From a virus (lineage: Duplodnaviria; Heunggongvirae; Uroviricota; Caudoviricetes): a stretch of 64,000 bases of DNA. A model generated the notes under the pieces. It did not search any database and was not told where the DNA came from. It saw only the letters and a program-made list of their open reading frames with translations. The DNA lies in the IMG/VR virus record IMGVR_UViG_3300021387_000529, positions 218,811 through 282,810 of that record; one strand, written 5' to 3'. The position numbers were made by a program, and so were the translations under genes. Of the stretch, positions 48,201 through 54,883 are shown piece after piece. Numbering within the stretch: position 1 is the first letter of the stretch; each line of letters begins with the position of its first letter.

Positions 48201-49296
48201 TCAAGTTTTCACCAAAAACAGGCTTGATTGTTCCAATCATTTCTGCAGACGCAATAGACTTTGCATAGCGACAATCAACAAGAAATTTGTTTGTTCCGAA
48301 TCCAACACCTACTTTAAACTCGATTGAGTCAGAAGATTCTTCAAAGTCAATGTCTCCATCTTTAATGCAAGCTGTTTTACCAAATGAGCTTGTGCTAAAT
48401 CCAAAATTTCCGCTTACAATTCCGAGTCTTGTGATTGTGATTGTTTTTCCGAGATAGTCTTCTAATGATAATTTTCCATTTTTTGATGGCGCTACAAAAA
48501 CACCAGCAATGTCATTCTTGTCATTTGCTTTTAAAATTGTGTCATTTAAGACAAGAATACCTTTTCCATTTACAATTTTTACAGGAATAATTTTATCATA
48601 GTCAGATGTATTATCTTCTAATGAGATTTCTTGTGTATCTGTAATATCAACTGAAATTTGTGTTGTGTCTACAACACCGCGTACATCACCTGAGAGCTGA
48701 ATTTCAATTAAAATTTTTTGATATTTTTTTAATACTTCTTTTGATGGAAGTGGAGCATCAGCTATACGTCCAATACAGATGATTGTTCCACCATCATAAG
48801 TGGCCTCTGCGAGGTCTATAGTAAGCTCGCCTTTATTTTTATTTGAAACATAGACTGGCTTACCAATGTCTTCATATGTCCATTTAAAAGCATTTCCATC
48901 ATTTGGAGGAAGATAATAGTCTTCTTTACCATAATTTGCAATATCATACTCAATCTGGCCATGTGATTGAACATGTACTTTTTTGTTATCGCCTGCTATT
49001 CCAGGCTCAAGAAGAATACCAACTGAAAATTGATTTACTGATGGGTCAACAACTACAATTGCGCTATCGCCTTGGCCTGAAGCTTCAACTGCAAGTTGAC
49101 TTTCATATCCAACTGCGACTGGTTGTCCTTTTTTAAGTTTGGTTGAACTACCTACCAAATATGTTGAAAGTGGGTTCAACCAATTAGAAGCTGCATCATT
49201 TTTTGAATTATATCTTAATTGGCCATTTTTTCCATTAATCCAGATGTTACCTTCTTTGTAAAGAAGCTCTTGTGGTAAATCAATATTTGCATTCAT
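42226..49296 (-). CDS. giant virion protein (2356 aa; tail or baseplate-associated, putative)
   Basis: Single 7.07-kb ORF with the box ttcatAACTAATTatttaatt-ATG and no Shine-Dalgarno site. No enzymatic motif was recognised. Confidence 0.7.
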   Translation of the reverse strand: MNANIDLPQELLYKEGNIWINGKNGQLRYNSKNDAASNWLNPLSTYLVGSSTKLKKGQPVAVGYESQLAVEASGQGDSAIVVVDPSVNQFSVGILLEPGIAGDNKKVHVQSHGQIEYDIANYGKEDYYLPPNDGNAFKWTYEDIGKPVYVSNKNKGELTIDLAEATYDGGTIICIGRIADAPLPSKEVLKKYQKILIEIQLSGDVRGVVDTTQISVDITDTQEISLEDNTSDYDKIIPVKIVNGKGILVLNDTILKANDKNDIAGVFVAPSKNGKLSLEDYLGKTITITRLGIVSGNFGFSTSSFGKTACIKDGDIDFEESSDSIEFKVGVGFGTNKFLVDCRYAKSIASAEMIGTIKPVFGENLTDAGYCLIDKSVHTVYGESIDWTPLLTYCYAKDIFVFSKNKNGPFTRVNEGNWELYGENTETGILSKTKPTYWKFRDLYYTIDDGKTCAAQIKYSKEGSPESQAYVWPEQCYQLDIPYKKVGTRGGTVESSDLRINITNLVQLGAYMDNNGQNIEAYDIIVQEKESGQIISPGFWQLPNGKFAGFEWQVVAESKNTYLYMITQPENVNNEDCLGVTWPIGTKAQKTIQLYVTVRRRPTQYNSIYLNQYPALNPWTPLVDSANNLVIQGDKIYIGGKVDINEDDGNASSGFTRELSSSIEFKHTDGENKAGVVYRLISGKDSDTEIFTQDYIIGDGENEKKISWEYDLSGEVPVAKLNAQFQASFTAEDTTNEHGVEYDKSALRIFKVLYPSIFNESTSGKEKISIIKDRLSDFLENGYSFKIFDDTFNGKINESTNKLSVDKSDADIKQAINDGWSLRSRIDYQSFLGLLSRAATETEERLLKIERLLFGYDYFGAFSKEANVETELSYYVDDLGISRFLKFLNENGFISYKTDSYLDSLDVVAENNGFKSLLLNLLVDNYSDYGKKRASSSTRNFKTIEDAYDDFSKGNLKLKDILKESGGISHLAQLWINYKCQEIIKACSRITMNSRYDRPVNYTRADDSYSFTLAKNIVFSKNCKGYNTDLPFEGEIYKGTPFSWPINIDPKWEERTGVTLEENFFGNTIFGVSDATGDYVVDNGNGEKYVVMADEPDKFFSDGSPYEGQKATFAPQSLEGIIYDIIIKLSFMKAQFRYDGTFNPKRTHIASFINMTFGNIPTFKSLDNIQVFSNSSNTDSVYSAFEFDNDRFVTGYGLKIGQKDPGFKFSNQSIIGEWSDETVTKLYKRWNKSAYSRKICSVELTEPIQFYALYVFLILGNIEGGVYTNVLQGDKTTYENGEKKVEKYTQSDYEKEIAVYNDFIEGIKTGYIYYDIPNGDYSDIAVPMFKDGLDVDINTYLESLKHPVDLPTKGQTSDCHFSGQNPEKDSIDLIPSIKLTRERDFDSADIDAEWVDSLFEGYEEVTNVSSEFRKIIELIGHPDKINEQFIKNFFPSWSDYHDKKHYTVEAKADGVYESSLSYRLARPVYHTSVNLFLNKINASCGKDLEKRKFFFGFLNGITGLSSEYEQAFPYLQRPIANNDLVWVDRNGKEHSCDFNDYIDKKVYSSSEKYNLLDTDTTHIEIVDDDTLERGWNYDIISCSDHEDYDMSIFGDDAKIESLDVRAFIEKNVFSKNIRDSHIPDKTLFERINKYADIATVLKDVTQIGEVLEPENVGKPLSGFEFSDEFSYVSQYLNNDIDWLDPTKGGFTEGYFFEKEFFSDGTDGNLTEDIDSTAASYKHDVLISDNIPEDVNSQGGDTSQEVETSISKDSILMSTRETEQLHVTVDSCNEDKSSKQYVHYIEDKTENNNNKDDKKSLTVNVSAHTINQYGFTQNKEDVIKTVKLEGDKAEYVTGITVGEQKFIKSGLGLNSNNFLEGISTSDKEYSTTVDVSSGGTITLNNLQDAINKLWTAAKLAGSAPTISATFSPTANNKTVKITVKGSDLVSEGTKSAPSLTNNESAKPVVTLSKQKIELKTTTANVLLGTSNITTTPTTFNHTVSIGNSGFENWKETHADNTATAEFTPFTHDHNITSEKSVVHSEGDFNHTYKEYYIKPLRRNLVSVKDAFVRSPILKKSTRCAADRFETEFNEYLFNTQNVRPQIFKETTFVNEFKFRDNSYINGQILPIPDSKIEISSENIRQLIELQHTLTPSALKLDVAKSPNNIELKSFTRYNIVDTSSRAIKLKFKGQEYEITSFTVIVVDVEKTNNDPVRYNLELYGMVLDEDNGTHKYKLNEYKRNYFVIPNIRVWPEKPRIFKPYLSEEIAAPGYFTITTEGREDMNVELSSSITEKVLDFAAWKEFLLENMSLQYFIDETLYANLPNGNWVPEVGLAEPIIKTSLASLGEAYRKGEIDATIGERSEEAAPPDDGTGN

Positions 49297-49314
49297 AATT
49301 AAATAATTAGTTAT
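49297..49314 (-). promoter_or_regulatory. late-class AACTAATT box 8 nt upstream of ATG 49296
   Basis: Member of the start-proximal box family. Confidence 0.45.
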
Positions 49315-49333
49315 GAACTAAAATGTCTAATCA

Positions 49334-49714
49334 TTAGCCTTGTTTTTCTTCAATAACAGAAAATTTTAATGGAACAACTGCAGCTTTGCAAATGTCATCT
49401 TTTAGCATTTTATTGTCATCGATAACATCAGCTGGTATAAGCTTTTTTGCAATCAATTGATTTATAAACTCTGGAAAAAACGCCTGAGCCTGCGCAAATG
49501 TTGGAAAAATCTCATTTGAATAAAATGGAAATACAAACTTCTGATTTTCCAATTCTTCTTTCAATAGTTTTGGTGTCTTTTTATGAGCACGCTCATCATA
49601 ATGCTCAAGCTCATTTGCAATTGGCGTGCCATAAAAAATAGCACACTGAAAAAATCCTTCCTGTTTCGGCATTTTGCTCATAATTCTTTCCTTATTGATA
49701 ATATCACTCGACAT
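49334..49714 (-). CDS. hypothetical protein (126 aa) coupled to the chaperonin gene
   Basis: Overlaps the GroEL-like stop by 11 nt. It has no GroES-like mobile-loop signature. Confidence 0.55.
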   Translation of the reverse strand: MSSDIINKERIMSKMPKQEGFFQCAIFYGTPIANELEHYDERAHKKTPKLLKEELENQKFVFPFYSNEIFPTFAQAQAFFPEFINQLIAKKLIPADVIDDNKMLKDDICKAAVVPLKFSVIEEKQG

Positions 49715-51350
49715 TAAACATTCTTCCTGGGTCTACAATTTCATCAAGTGGCTCAATTGACATATTCTTTACGTCTGAAACAACAATAGTGTCAATCGAC
49801 ATAAATTGCTCAGCAATGTTTGAAGAATATATAATTGAGTTCTTTACAACAGTGTATGGGTCAATAATTCCTTTTTCAAGGATGCGCTCAACAGTTGCTG
49901 TTCGTGCATTGAAACCAACATCAGGGTCGTTCAAAATCTGTGGAACAACTGCTACAATTTCAGAGCCAGTTGACTCAATCAATTTCAAAGCTGGAGCACG
50001 AATTGCAGCCATAAATCTCTCATATGCAGTTTTCTGTGGGATAGTCAAGTCTTTTGTATCTTCTGGAGTTGTGCTATATGAAATACGAAGAAGTGAAGTT
50101 CCAGCACCAATCAAAACACCTTCAGCCAAAGAATTACGAACAGCGTTGATTGCGTCTTCATATCTGTCTTTCTTTTCTGAAAGCTCAACTGATGTTAAAG
50201 CTCCAACATAGATTGTTGCAATACCACCTGTAAGGCGAGCGATACGTTCTTTAATTGCATCAATTTGAAATGGCGACTTACCATGAATACAGTCGCCTTC
50301 TTCAGTCAAGCTCTTCAAAAGCTCAATGTGTTTATCAAATTCTTCTTTATTTGTATTTGGGTCAGTGATGATTGTTTCTTTTGCTGTTACATTGATTGCG
50401 CCGCAAGTTCCACAATCTTTAAAAGAATTGAACTCATCAATTTCTTTATCAATACCAATAATTTTTCCAGATGTGATAACAGCAATATCCTGAATATTTG
50501 CCTGAATAGACTCACGTGAAATACCAGGCGCACGAATAAAAACAACATTCTGTGTTACAAGTTTTTTGATATACATTGCAAGAACATCATCACCATATTC
50601 TGGAGCAACAACAAGAATATTTTTTCCGAGAAGTGGCTGCAAAATAAGTGCCAATTTTTCAGAGTCTTCAACAATATCATTAAACAAAATGACTTTTACA
50701 TCATTCAAAATACACTGGTCATTTGCAGAATTGACACATTTTGATGAAATAAAACCTTTATCAAGTTGAAGTCCCTGTTTGATGTCAAGCACAGTTTTTC
50801 CTGTTCGTGACATAGAGTCTGCCATTGAAACAAGACCACCATCACCAATTGAAGTGAATGCTTCAACAACCATATTAGCGATTTCTTCATCACCATTTGC
50901 AGAAACAAGAGCAATATTTCTCATCATTTCTTCTGAGTCAATTGTTTTTTTGTAAGCTTCAAGTTTTTTAAGAACATCTTCACGAGCTTTTTTGTAAGCT
51001 ACACGAAGGTCATTGATGTCAATTCCCTGCATAAGAAGTGAATTAGCTTTATCACACAATGCAGCTGTCAAAATTGTAGTAGATGTTGAGCCATCACCAG
51101 AATGCATATTTGCGCGGTCAGATGCTTCTTTCAAAAGTTTAAGTCCTGTGTCCATACACTCATCCGAAAATTGAAGAATTTTTAAGACTGAAATACCATC
51201 TTTTGTTGATATTGAGTTTGTTCCTTTTGTATAAGAAACAGTACGTCCTCTTGGTCCAAATGTTGATGCTACTGCTCTAGCAGCAAGTTGAATTCCTATA
51301 TTTATCTGAGCTCTTGCTCTTTGTCCAAATATTATACTTTTACCTGCCAT
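49704..51350 (-). CDS. groEL: GroEL-type (Cpn60) chaperonin
   Basis: GPRGRTVSY...TKDGISV...GDGSTSTT...LVVAPEY...GGIATIYVGALTSVELSEKKDRYEDAINAVRNSLAEGVLIGAGTSLL aligns block by block with GroEL ([66 protein letters not shown]). The protein is 548 aa and lacks the C-terminal GGM repeats. Confidence 0.85.
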   Translation of the reverse strand: MAGKSIIFGQRARAQINIGIQLAARAVASTFGPRGRTVSYTKGTNSISTKDGISVLKILQFSDECMDTGLKLLKEASDRANMHSGDGSTSTTILTAALCDKANSLLMQGIDINDLRVAYKKAREDVLKKLEAYKKTIDSEEMMRNIALVSANGDEEIANMVVEAFTSIGDGGLVSMADSMSRTGKTVLDIKQGLQLDKGFISSKCVNSANDQCILNDVKVILFNDIVEDSEKLALILQPLLGKNILVVAPEYGDDVLAMYIKKLVTQNVVFIRAPGISRESIQANIQDIAVITSGKIIGIDKEIDEFNSFKDCGTCGAINVTAKETIITDPNTNKEEFDKHIELLKSLTEEGDCIHGKSPFQIDAIKERIARLTGGIATIYVGALTSVELSEKKDRYEDAINAVRNSLAEGVLIGAGTSLLRISYSTTPEDTKDLTIPQKTAYERFMAAIRAPALKLIESTGSEIVAVVPQILNDPDVGFNARTATVERILEKGIIDPYTVVKNSIIYSSNIAEQFMSIDTIVVSDVKNMSIEPLDEIVDPGRMFNVE

Positions 51351-51402
51351 ATCTTATAATATTAATAGTGCAATGATGAAATTTCTAGAAATTCCCCTAT
51401 TA

Positions 51403-51479
51403 CTATATTATAATTTAAAATCTATAGGGAAGCAGGGATTTGCTTACCCTTTTAAAGATTATTTAAACAGGTAACTAAA
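51403..51479. repeat. conserved intergenic element, copy B (77 nt)
   Basis: Same sequence as copy A apart from the hairpin loop. It lies in the divergent gap between the GroEL start and gene 51505. Confidence 0.8.
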
Positions 51480-51504
51480 AATTCTCATTGTTAATATATT
51501 ATAC

Positions 51505-51813
51505 ATGAGAATAAATAAGACAGAAATTGATGCAATTGTAAATAAAGATGACACATCAATGATTGACATTGTTAAAAATGGTGAAGTCGTACGCAGAACA
51601 AAAGTTTTAAGCTGGAAGAAACAGGAAATTTATGACGCAAAATATAATGGAGCTGCATTGATAGTTCAAATGAAAACTCCACTCACTGGTACAGTTTATG
51701 CTTGGTATACAGCAAAAGACTCTGGACTATGCATTTCACCTATGACACCAGTTTCTACTTTATCTATAACAGAAGCAAAAAAGAGAGAAATTGTTAAAAA
51801 TTTTTTGAATTAG
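51505..51813 (+). CDS. hypothetical protein (102 aa)
   Basis: The ATG directly follows TAATATATTATAC, so the transcript may be leaderless. Confidence 0.5.
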   Translation: MRINKTEIDAIVNKDDTSMIDIVKNGEVVRRTKVLSWKKQEIYDAKYNGAALIVQMKTPLTGTVYAWYTAKDSGLCISPMTPVSTLSITEAKKREIVKNFLN

Positions 51814-51845
51814 TTATGCACTCTTCATATATTATATACGTAACG
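51800..51845 (+). promoter_or_regulatory. early-class promoter copy (TTGAAT 51805-51810, 17 bp spacer, TATATT 51828-51833), overlapping the 3' end of gene 51505..51813
   Basis: ttttttgaattagttatgcactcttcatatattatatacgtaa. Confidence 0.6.
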
Positions 51846-51853
51846 AGGTGAAT

Positions 51854-52960
51854 ATGACAACACTTGAAAATAAAATTCTTGAAGCTCAGGACGCATACTA
51901 CAACGGCACACCAATCATGAACGACATCGAGTTCGATGCTCTCTGGGAACAGTTGAAAAAAGAACAGCCAGACTCTGAAATCCTTCAAGCAGTTGGAGCT
52001 GACCATACTGATGGTTTTGCCAAGGTTGACCATATGATTATTATGGGAAGCCAGAATAAAGCAAAGAATGTTGAAGAGCTCAACGAATGGTATATTTTCA
52101 ACGCCATTGAGCCTGACACAATTGCTCAGTACAAAATGGACGGCATTTCTCTTGAGCTTACATACAAAAATGGTAAGCTTCAGAAAGCTGTAACACGTGG
52201 TGATGGACACACAGGCGATGACATTACAGCAAATGTAAAGAAAATGCAGGGAGTTGTAAAAACTCTCAAGTCAGACTACACAGGCGCAGTTCGTGGTGAA
52301 ATCTTGATGAGCCGCAAAGAAAAAGATGAGTTCTTCCCAGATAAAGCAAACTGCCGCAATGCAGCTTCAGGCGTTGCAAAACGAAAAGATGGCGAAGGTT
52401 GTGAACACCTCGCAGTGGTTGTTTATGATGCCCAGCCTCTTAATATGACTGAGGAAAACTCTTTCAAATATCAGACACTTCTTCAGACTTGGCTTGAAGG
52501 TGAGGGCTTCAAAGTTGCTCCATGGCAGAAAATTGAGCACTTCAGTGCTGAAAAAGCAAAAGAGCTTCTTGACAAAACATTTGATGACTTCGACAACCTC
52601 GAGTTTGATATTGATGGTTTGGTTATCAAACAGAACCGCATTGACGTTAAGGACATTACAACAAACTACCGTCCAAAAACTCAGATTGCTCTTAAGCCTG
52701 AATATGTAAAAGCAACTTCAATTCTTCGTTCAATTGAATGGAGCTTGAAAAATGGAACATTTACTCCGGTTGCTCACTTTGACCCGGTTGAAATCCAGGG
52801 AGCAATTATCGAAAAAGCTTCACTTGGAAATATCTCTCTTATGGAAGATATGGAGATTGAAATTGGACACGAAATAACAGTTGTACGTGCTGGAATGATT
52901 ATTCCAAAAGTTATCAAAGATAACACAACTGGTAAATTTGCTGAAGGTTATGCATTTTAA
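51854..52960 (+). CDS. ligA: NAD-dependent DNA ligase (short, adenylation plus OB-fold form)
   Basis: KxDG motif (AQYKMDGISLELTYKNG) and AVTRGDGHTGDDITANV match the LigA signature TRGDG..GED(V/I)T. At 368 aa the protein lacks the C-terminal zinc-finger, HhH and BRCT domains. The track start is GTG 51848. Confidence 0.75.
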   Translation: MTTLENKILEAQDAYYNGTPIMNDIEFDALWEQLKKEQPDSEILQAVGADHTDGFAKVDHMIIMGSQNKAKNVEELNEWYIFNAIEPDTIAQYKMDGISLELTYKNGKLQKAVTRGDGHTGDDITANVKKMQGVVKTLKSDYTGAVRGEILMSRKEKDEFFPDKANCRNAASGVAKRKDGEGCEHLAVVVYDAQPLNMTEENSFKYQTLLQTWLEGEGFKVAPWQKIEHFSAEKAKELLDKTFDDFDNLEFDIDGLVIKQNRIDVKDITTNYRPKTQIALKPEYVKATSILRSIEWSLKNGTFTPVAHFDPVEIQGAIIEKASLGNISLMEDMEIEIGHEITVVRAGMIIPKVIKDNTTGKFAEGYAF

Positions 52961-52974
52961 GAGGTGAGGAAAAT

Positions 52975-53241
52975 ATGATGAAGAAGAGACTGAGCAAAAA
53001 CTTGGGTGAAGTTGAAGGAACAATCACAAAGGTTCTGGAAGATGCTATTCCGGTTATGAACAAACTTAAAACTGCACAAGAAGTTTCAGACTTCGTTGAG
53101 TTTACATTTGCAACAAATGCAATTAACACTCCAAAGTCGAACAAAATCCTTGAGCGGCTGAAGAAAAGCACAAACTTCACAAAGTCTATCCAACTCATAT
53201 GGAACACAATGCTTGCAGGTGAAAACATGGCCACTTTCTAA
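52975..53241 (+). CDS. hypothetical protein (88 aa)
   Basis: ORF with Shine-Dalgarno site agaggtgaggaaaatATG. Confidence 0.5.
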   Translation: MMKKRLSKNLGEVEGTITKVLEDAIPVMNKLKTAQEVSDFVEFTFATNAINTPKSNKILERLKKSTNFTKSIQLIWNTMLAGENMATF

Positions 53242-53253
53242 AAGGAGAAAACA

Positions 53254-53442
53254 ATGGAAAGAGTTGTAAAAATCTTAATGGAAAGAGATGGAATGTCTGA
53301 AGCAGATGCAAAACGTGAAGTTCAAAACTTCATTGATGATGCGACAGACCTTTTAATGGAAGGTGACCATGAAGGTATTGAAGAGCTCTTGATGGACAAT
53401 CTTGGGCTTGAGCCAGACTATTTGGAGGATTTACTTTTTTAA
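53254..53442 (+). CDS. hypothetical acidic protein (62 aa)
   Basis: ORF with Shine-Dalgarno site aaaggagaaaacaATG. Confidence 0.5.
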   Translation: MERVVKILMERDGMSEADAKREVQNFIDDATDLLMEGDHEGIEELLMDNLGLEPDYLEDLLF

Positions 53443-53900
53443 TGAAAAATTTTGATGAGTGCGGAATGACAGTCGCACATTTGTATGGAAAACAGTCAAC
53501 TTGCAGCCGAAAACAGGTTGGAGTTGCAATTCTTGACAATTATGGACATGTAATTTCAACTGGCTTTAATGGCTCACCAAGCGGTTGTGAGCATTGTAAA
53601 GATGTCTTTACGCCAGATAAGATTAAAAGTCCAGACTACATGGAAGCACATCGACAGTGGGCAGCAATCAATGAAATTCATGGTGAAGCAAATGCAATTA
53701 TTACAGCATTGAAGTTGGGCCGCTCACTTGAAGGATGTATTCTTTACACAACTCTCTCACCGTGTAAAGATTGCGCAAAACTTATCATCGCAGCTGGAAT
53801 AAAAGAAGTTGTTTATGATGAAGTCTATGACAGAGACTCTAGTCCAGTTGAATGGCTCAAAAATCATAGTGTTAAAATTAGGCAGTACTCACTAAACTAA
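53442..53900 (+). CDS. dCMP deaminase (zinc-dependent cytidine/deoxycytidylate deaminase family)
   Basis: H(A/G)E motif (IHGEANAI) and PCKDCAKLI (PCxxC) zinc ligands. The protein is 152 aa. Confidence 0.8.
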   Translation: MKNFDECGMTVAHLYGKQSTCSRKQVGVAILDNYGHVISTGFNGSPSGCEHCKDVFTPDKIKSPDYMEAHRQWAAINEIHGEANAIITALKLGRSLEGCILYTTLSPCKDCAKLIIAAGIKEVVYDEVYDRDSSPVEWLKNHSVKIRQYSLN

Positions 53901-53910
53901 ATTTAATACA

Positions 53911-54177
53911 ATGGGAATGAAAGAAACATTTGATAAAAAATTAGCCTACCTGATTTCCATGGTAGGCTTTCATGGTTTAATGAAGATTCCTAATGATTGG
54001 TGGGACTATGCTTATACTGACAAACCAGCAACAAAGTCTGGTTTACATGAATACGGAACTACTTTTAGGATTGTGTCATTATGCAAACAATATGAAAAAC
54101 AATATCTCAAAAAATTAGATGATGCTGGAATTAAAATATCAGCAACAAAAGATGGAATTACATATTCAAAAAAATAA
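53911..54177 (+). CDS. hypothetical protein (88 aa)
   Basis: ORF. Confidence 0.45.
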   Translation: MGMKETFDKKLAYLISMVGFHGLMKIPNDWWDYAYTDKPATKSGLHEYGTTFRIVSLCKQYEKQYLKKLDDAGIKISATKDGITYSKK

Positions 54178-54206
54178 AAAGACGCTCATGAAGAGCGTCT
54201 TTCTTC
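54176..54206. terminator. bidirectional terminator (aaagacgctc-atgaa-gagcgtcttt)
   Basis: Read on the minus strand, the hairpin is followed by ttttatttttt, so it terminates the bS21 gene. It also follows plus-strand gene 53911..54177. Confidence 0.65.
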
Positions 54207-54464
54207 TTAGTCTTTCTTCGACTGTTTCTTAGCTTCAGCTTCTTTTAGCCATTCAGGTTTTGAAGCTTCTTTACGTTCAGCATCAGCAATCTTTTTCTGG
54301 ATATGGCGTGCATGAACTCTCTTCAAATGTTTCTTTGCAGAAGGCTTAACATAACGTGTCCGTTCCATGTAGTCTGAAAGAATACATTCTTTGTCAATCT
54401 CTTTCTTGAACTTGCGAAGTGCTTTATCAAGAGACATTTTCTCAGTAAGATTGACGGTTACCAT
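54207..54464 (-). CDS. rpsU: ribosomal protein bS21 homologue
   Basis: MVTVNLTEKMSLDKALRKFKKEIDKECILSDYMERTRYVKPSAKKHLKRVHARHIQKK aligns with E. coli S21 ([59 protein letters not shown]), and the protein has a Lys-rich C-terminal tail. The likely start is the ATG at 54464 with Shine-Dalgarno site AAGGA; the track extends to GTG 54500. Confidence 0.8.
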   Translation of the reverse strand: MVTVNLTEKMSLDKALRKFKKEIDKECILSDYMERTRYVKPSAKKHLKRVHARHIQKKIADAERKEASKPEWLKEAEAKKQSKKD

Positions 54465-54514
54465 AAGAATCACCATCCTTAACAGGAGCGGTATACTCAC
54501 TGTTATTTTTTAGA

Positions 54515-54850
54515 TTAATAATTATTCACATCTTTTTTGTCAGCAAGCGCGCTCTCAACAAAACCAAGCAAGTCATTTCCCTGAGGAATATAGAAGTCAT
54601 CACCAGGCTTAAGTGCATTTATGTAAGGCACGTTATTTTCCATTAAAAGAATGTCATCGTCTTCTTCTTTATCATAATATTCTTCAACAATAGTCCAAGG
54701 CTTTGTAATTTGAGAAGATGATATTTTTATGCCAATTGGAATTTTTTCAATTTTTCCATTATTATAATTTATTGAAAGTGGATCTGGAAAATTCAATCCA
54801 TCTTCATCGAGAACACAACTTTCATCATAGTAGTCATAACGTGAATGCAT
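54515..54850 (-). CDS. hypothetical protein (111 aa; the track TTG start at 54868 lies inside the box)
   Basis: The ATG at 54850 is preceded by ttGACTAATTataataca and has no Shine-Dalgarno site. Confidence 0.5.
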   Translation of the reverse strand: MHSRYDYYDESCVLDEDGLNFPDPLSINYNNGKIEKIPIGIKISSSQITKPWTIVEEYYDKEEDDDILLMENNVPYINALKPGDDFYIPQGNDLLGFVESALADKKDVNNY

Positions 54851-54871
54851 TGTATTATAATTAGTCAATTT

Positions 54872-54883
54872 AACTAAATATTT
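54872..54883 (+). promoter_or_regulatory. late-class AACTAAAT box 4 nt upstream of ATG 54884 (plus-strand example)
   Basis: caatttAACTAAATattt-ATG with no Shine-Dalgarno site. Confidence 0.45.

Noticed and set aside
49334-49714. The 126-aa gene downstream of GroEL as a GroES co-chaperonin.
   Set aside because: It has no GroES-like length (about 95 aa), no mobile-loop motif, and no Gly-rich roof hairpin.
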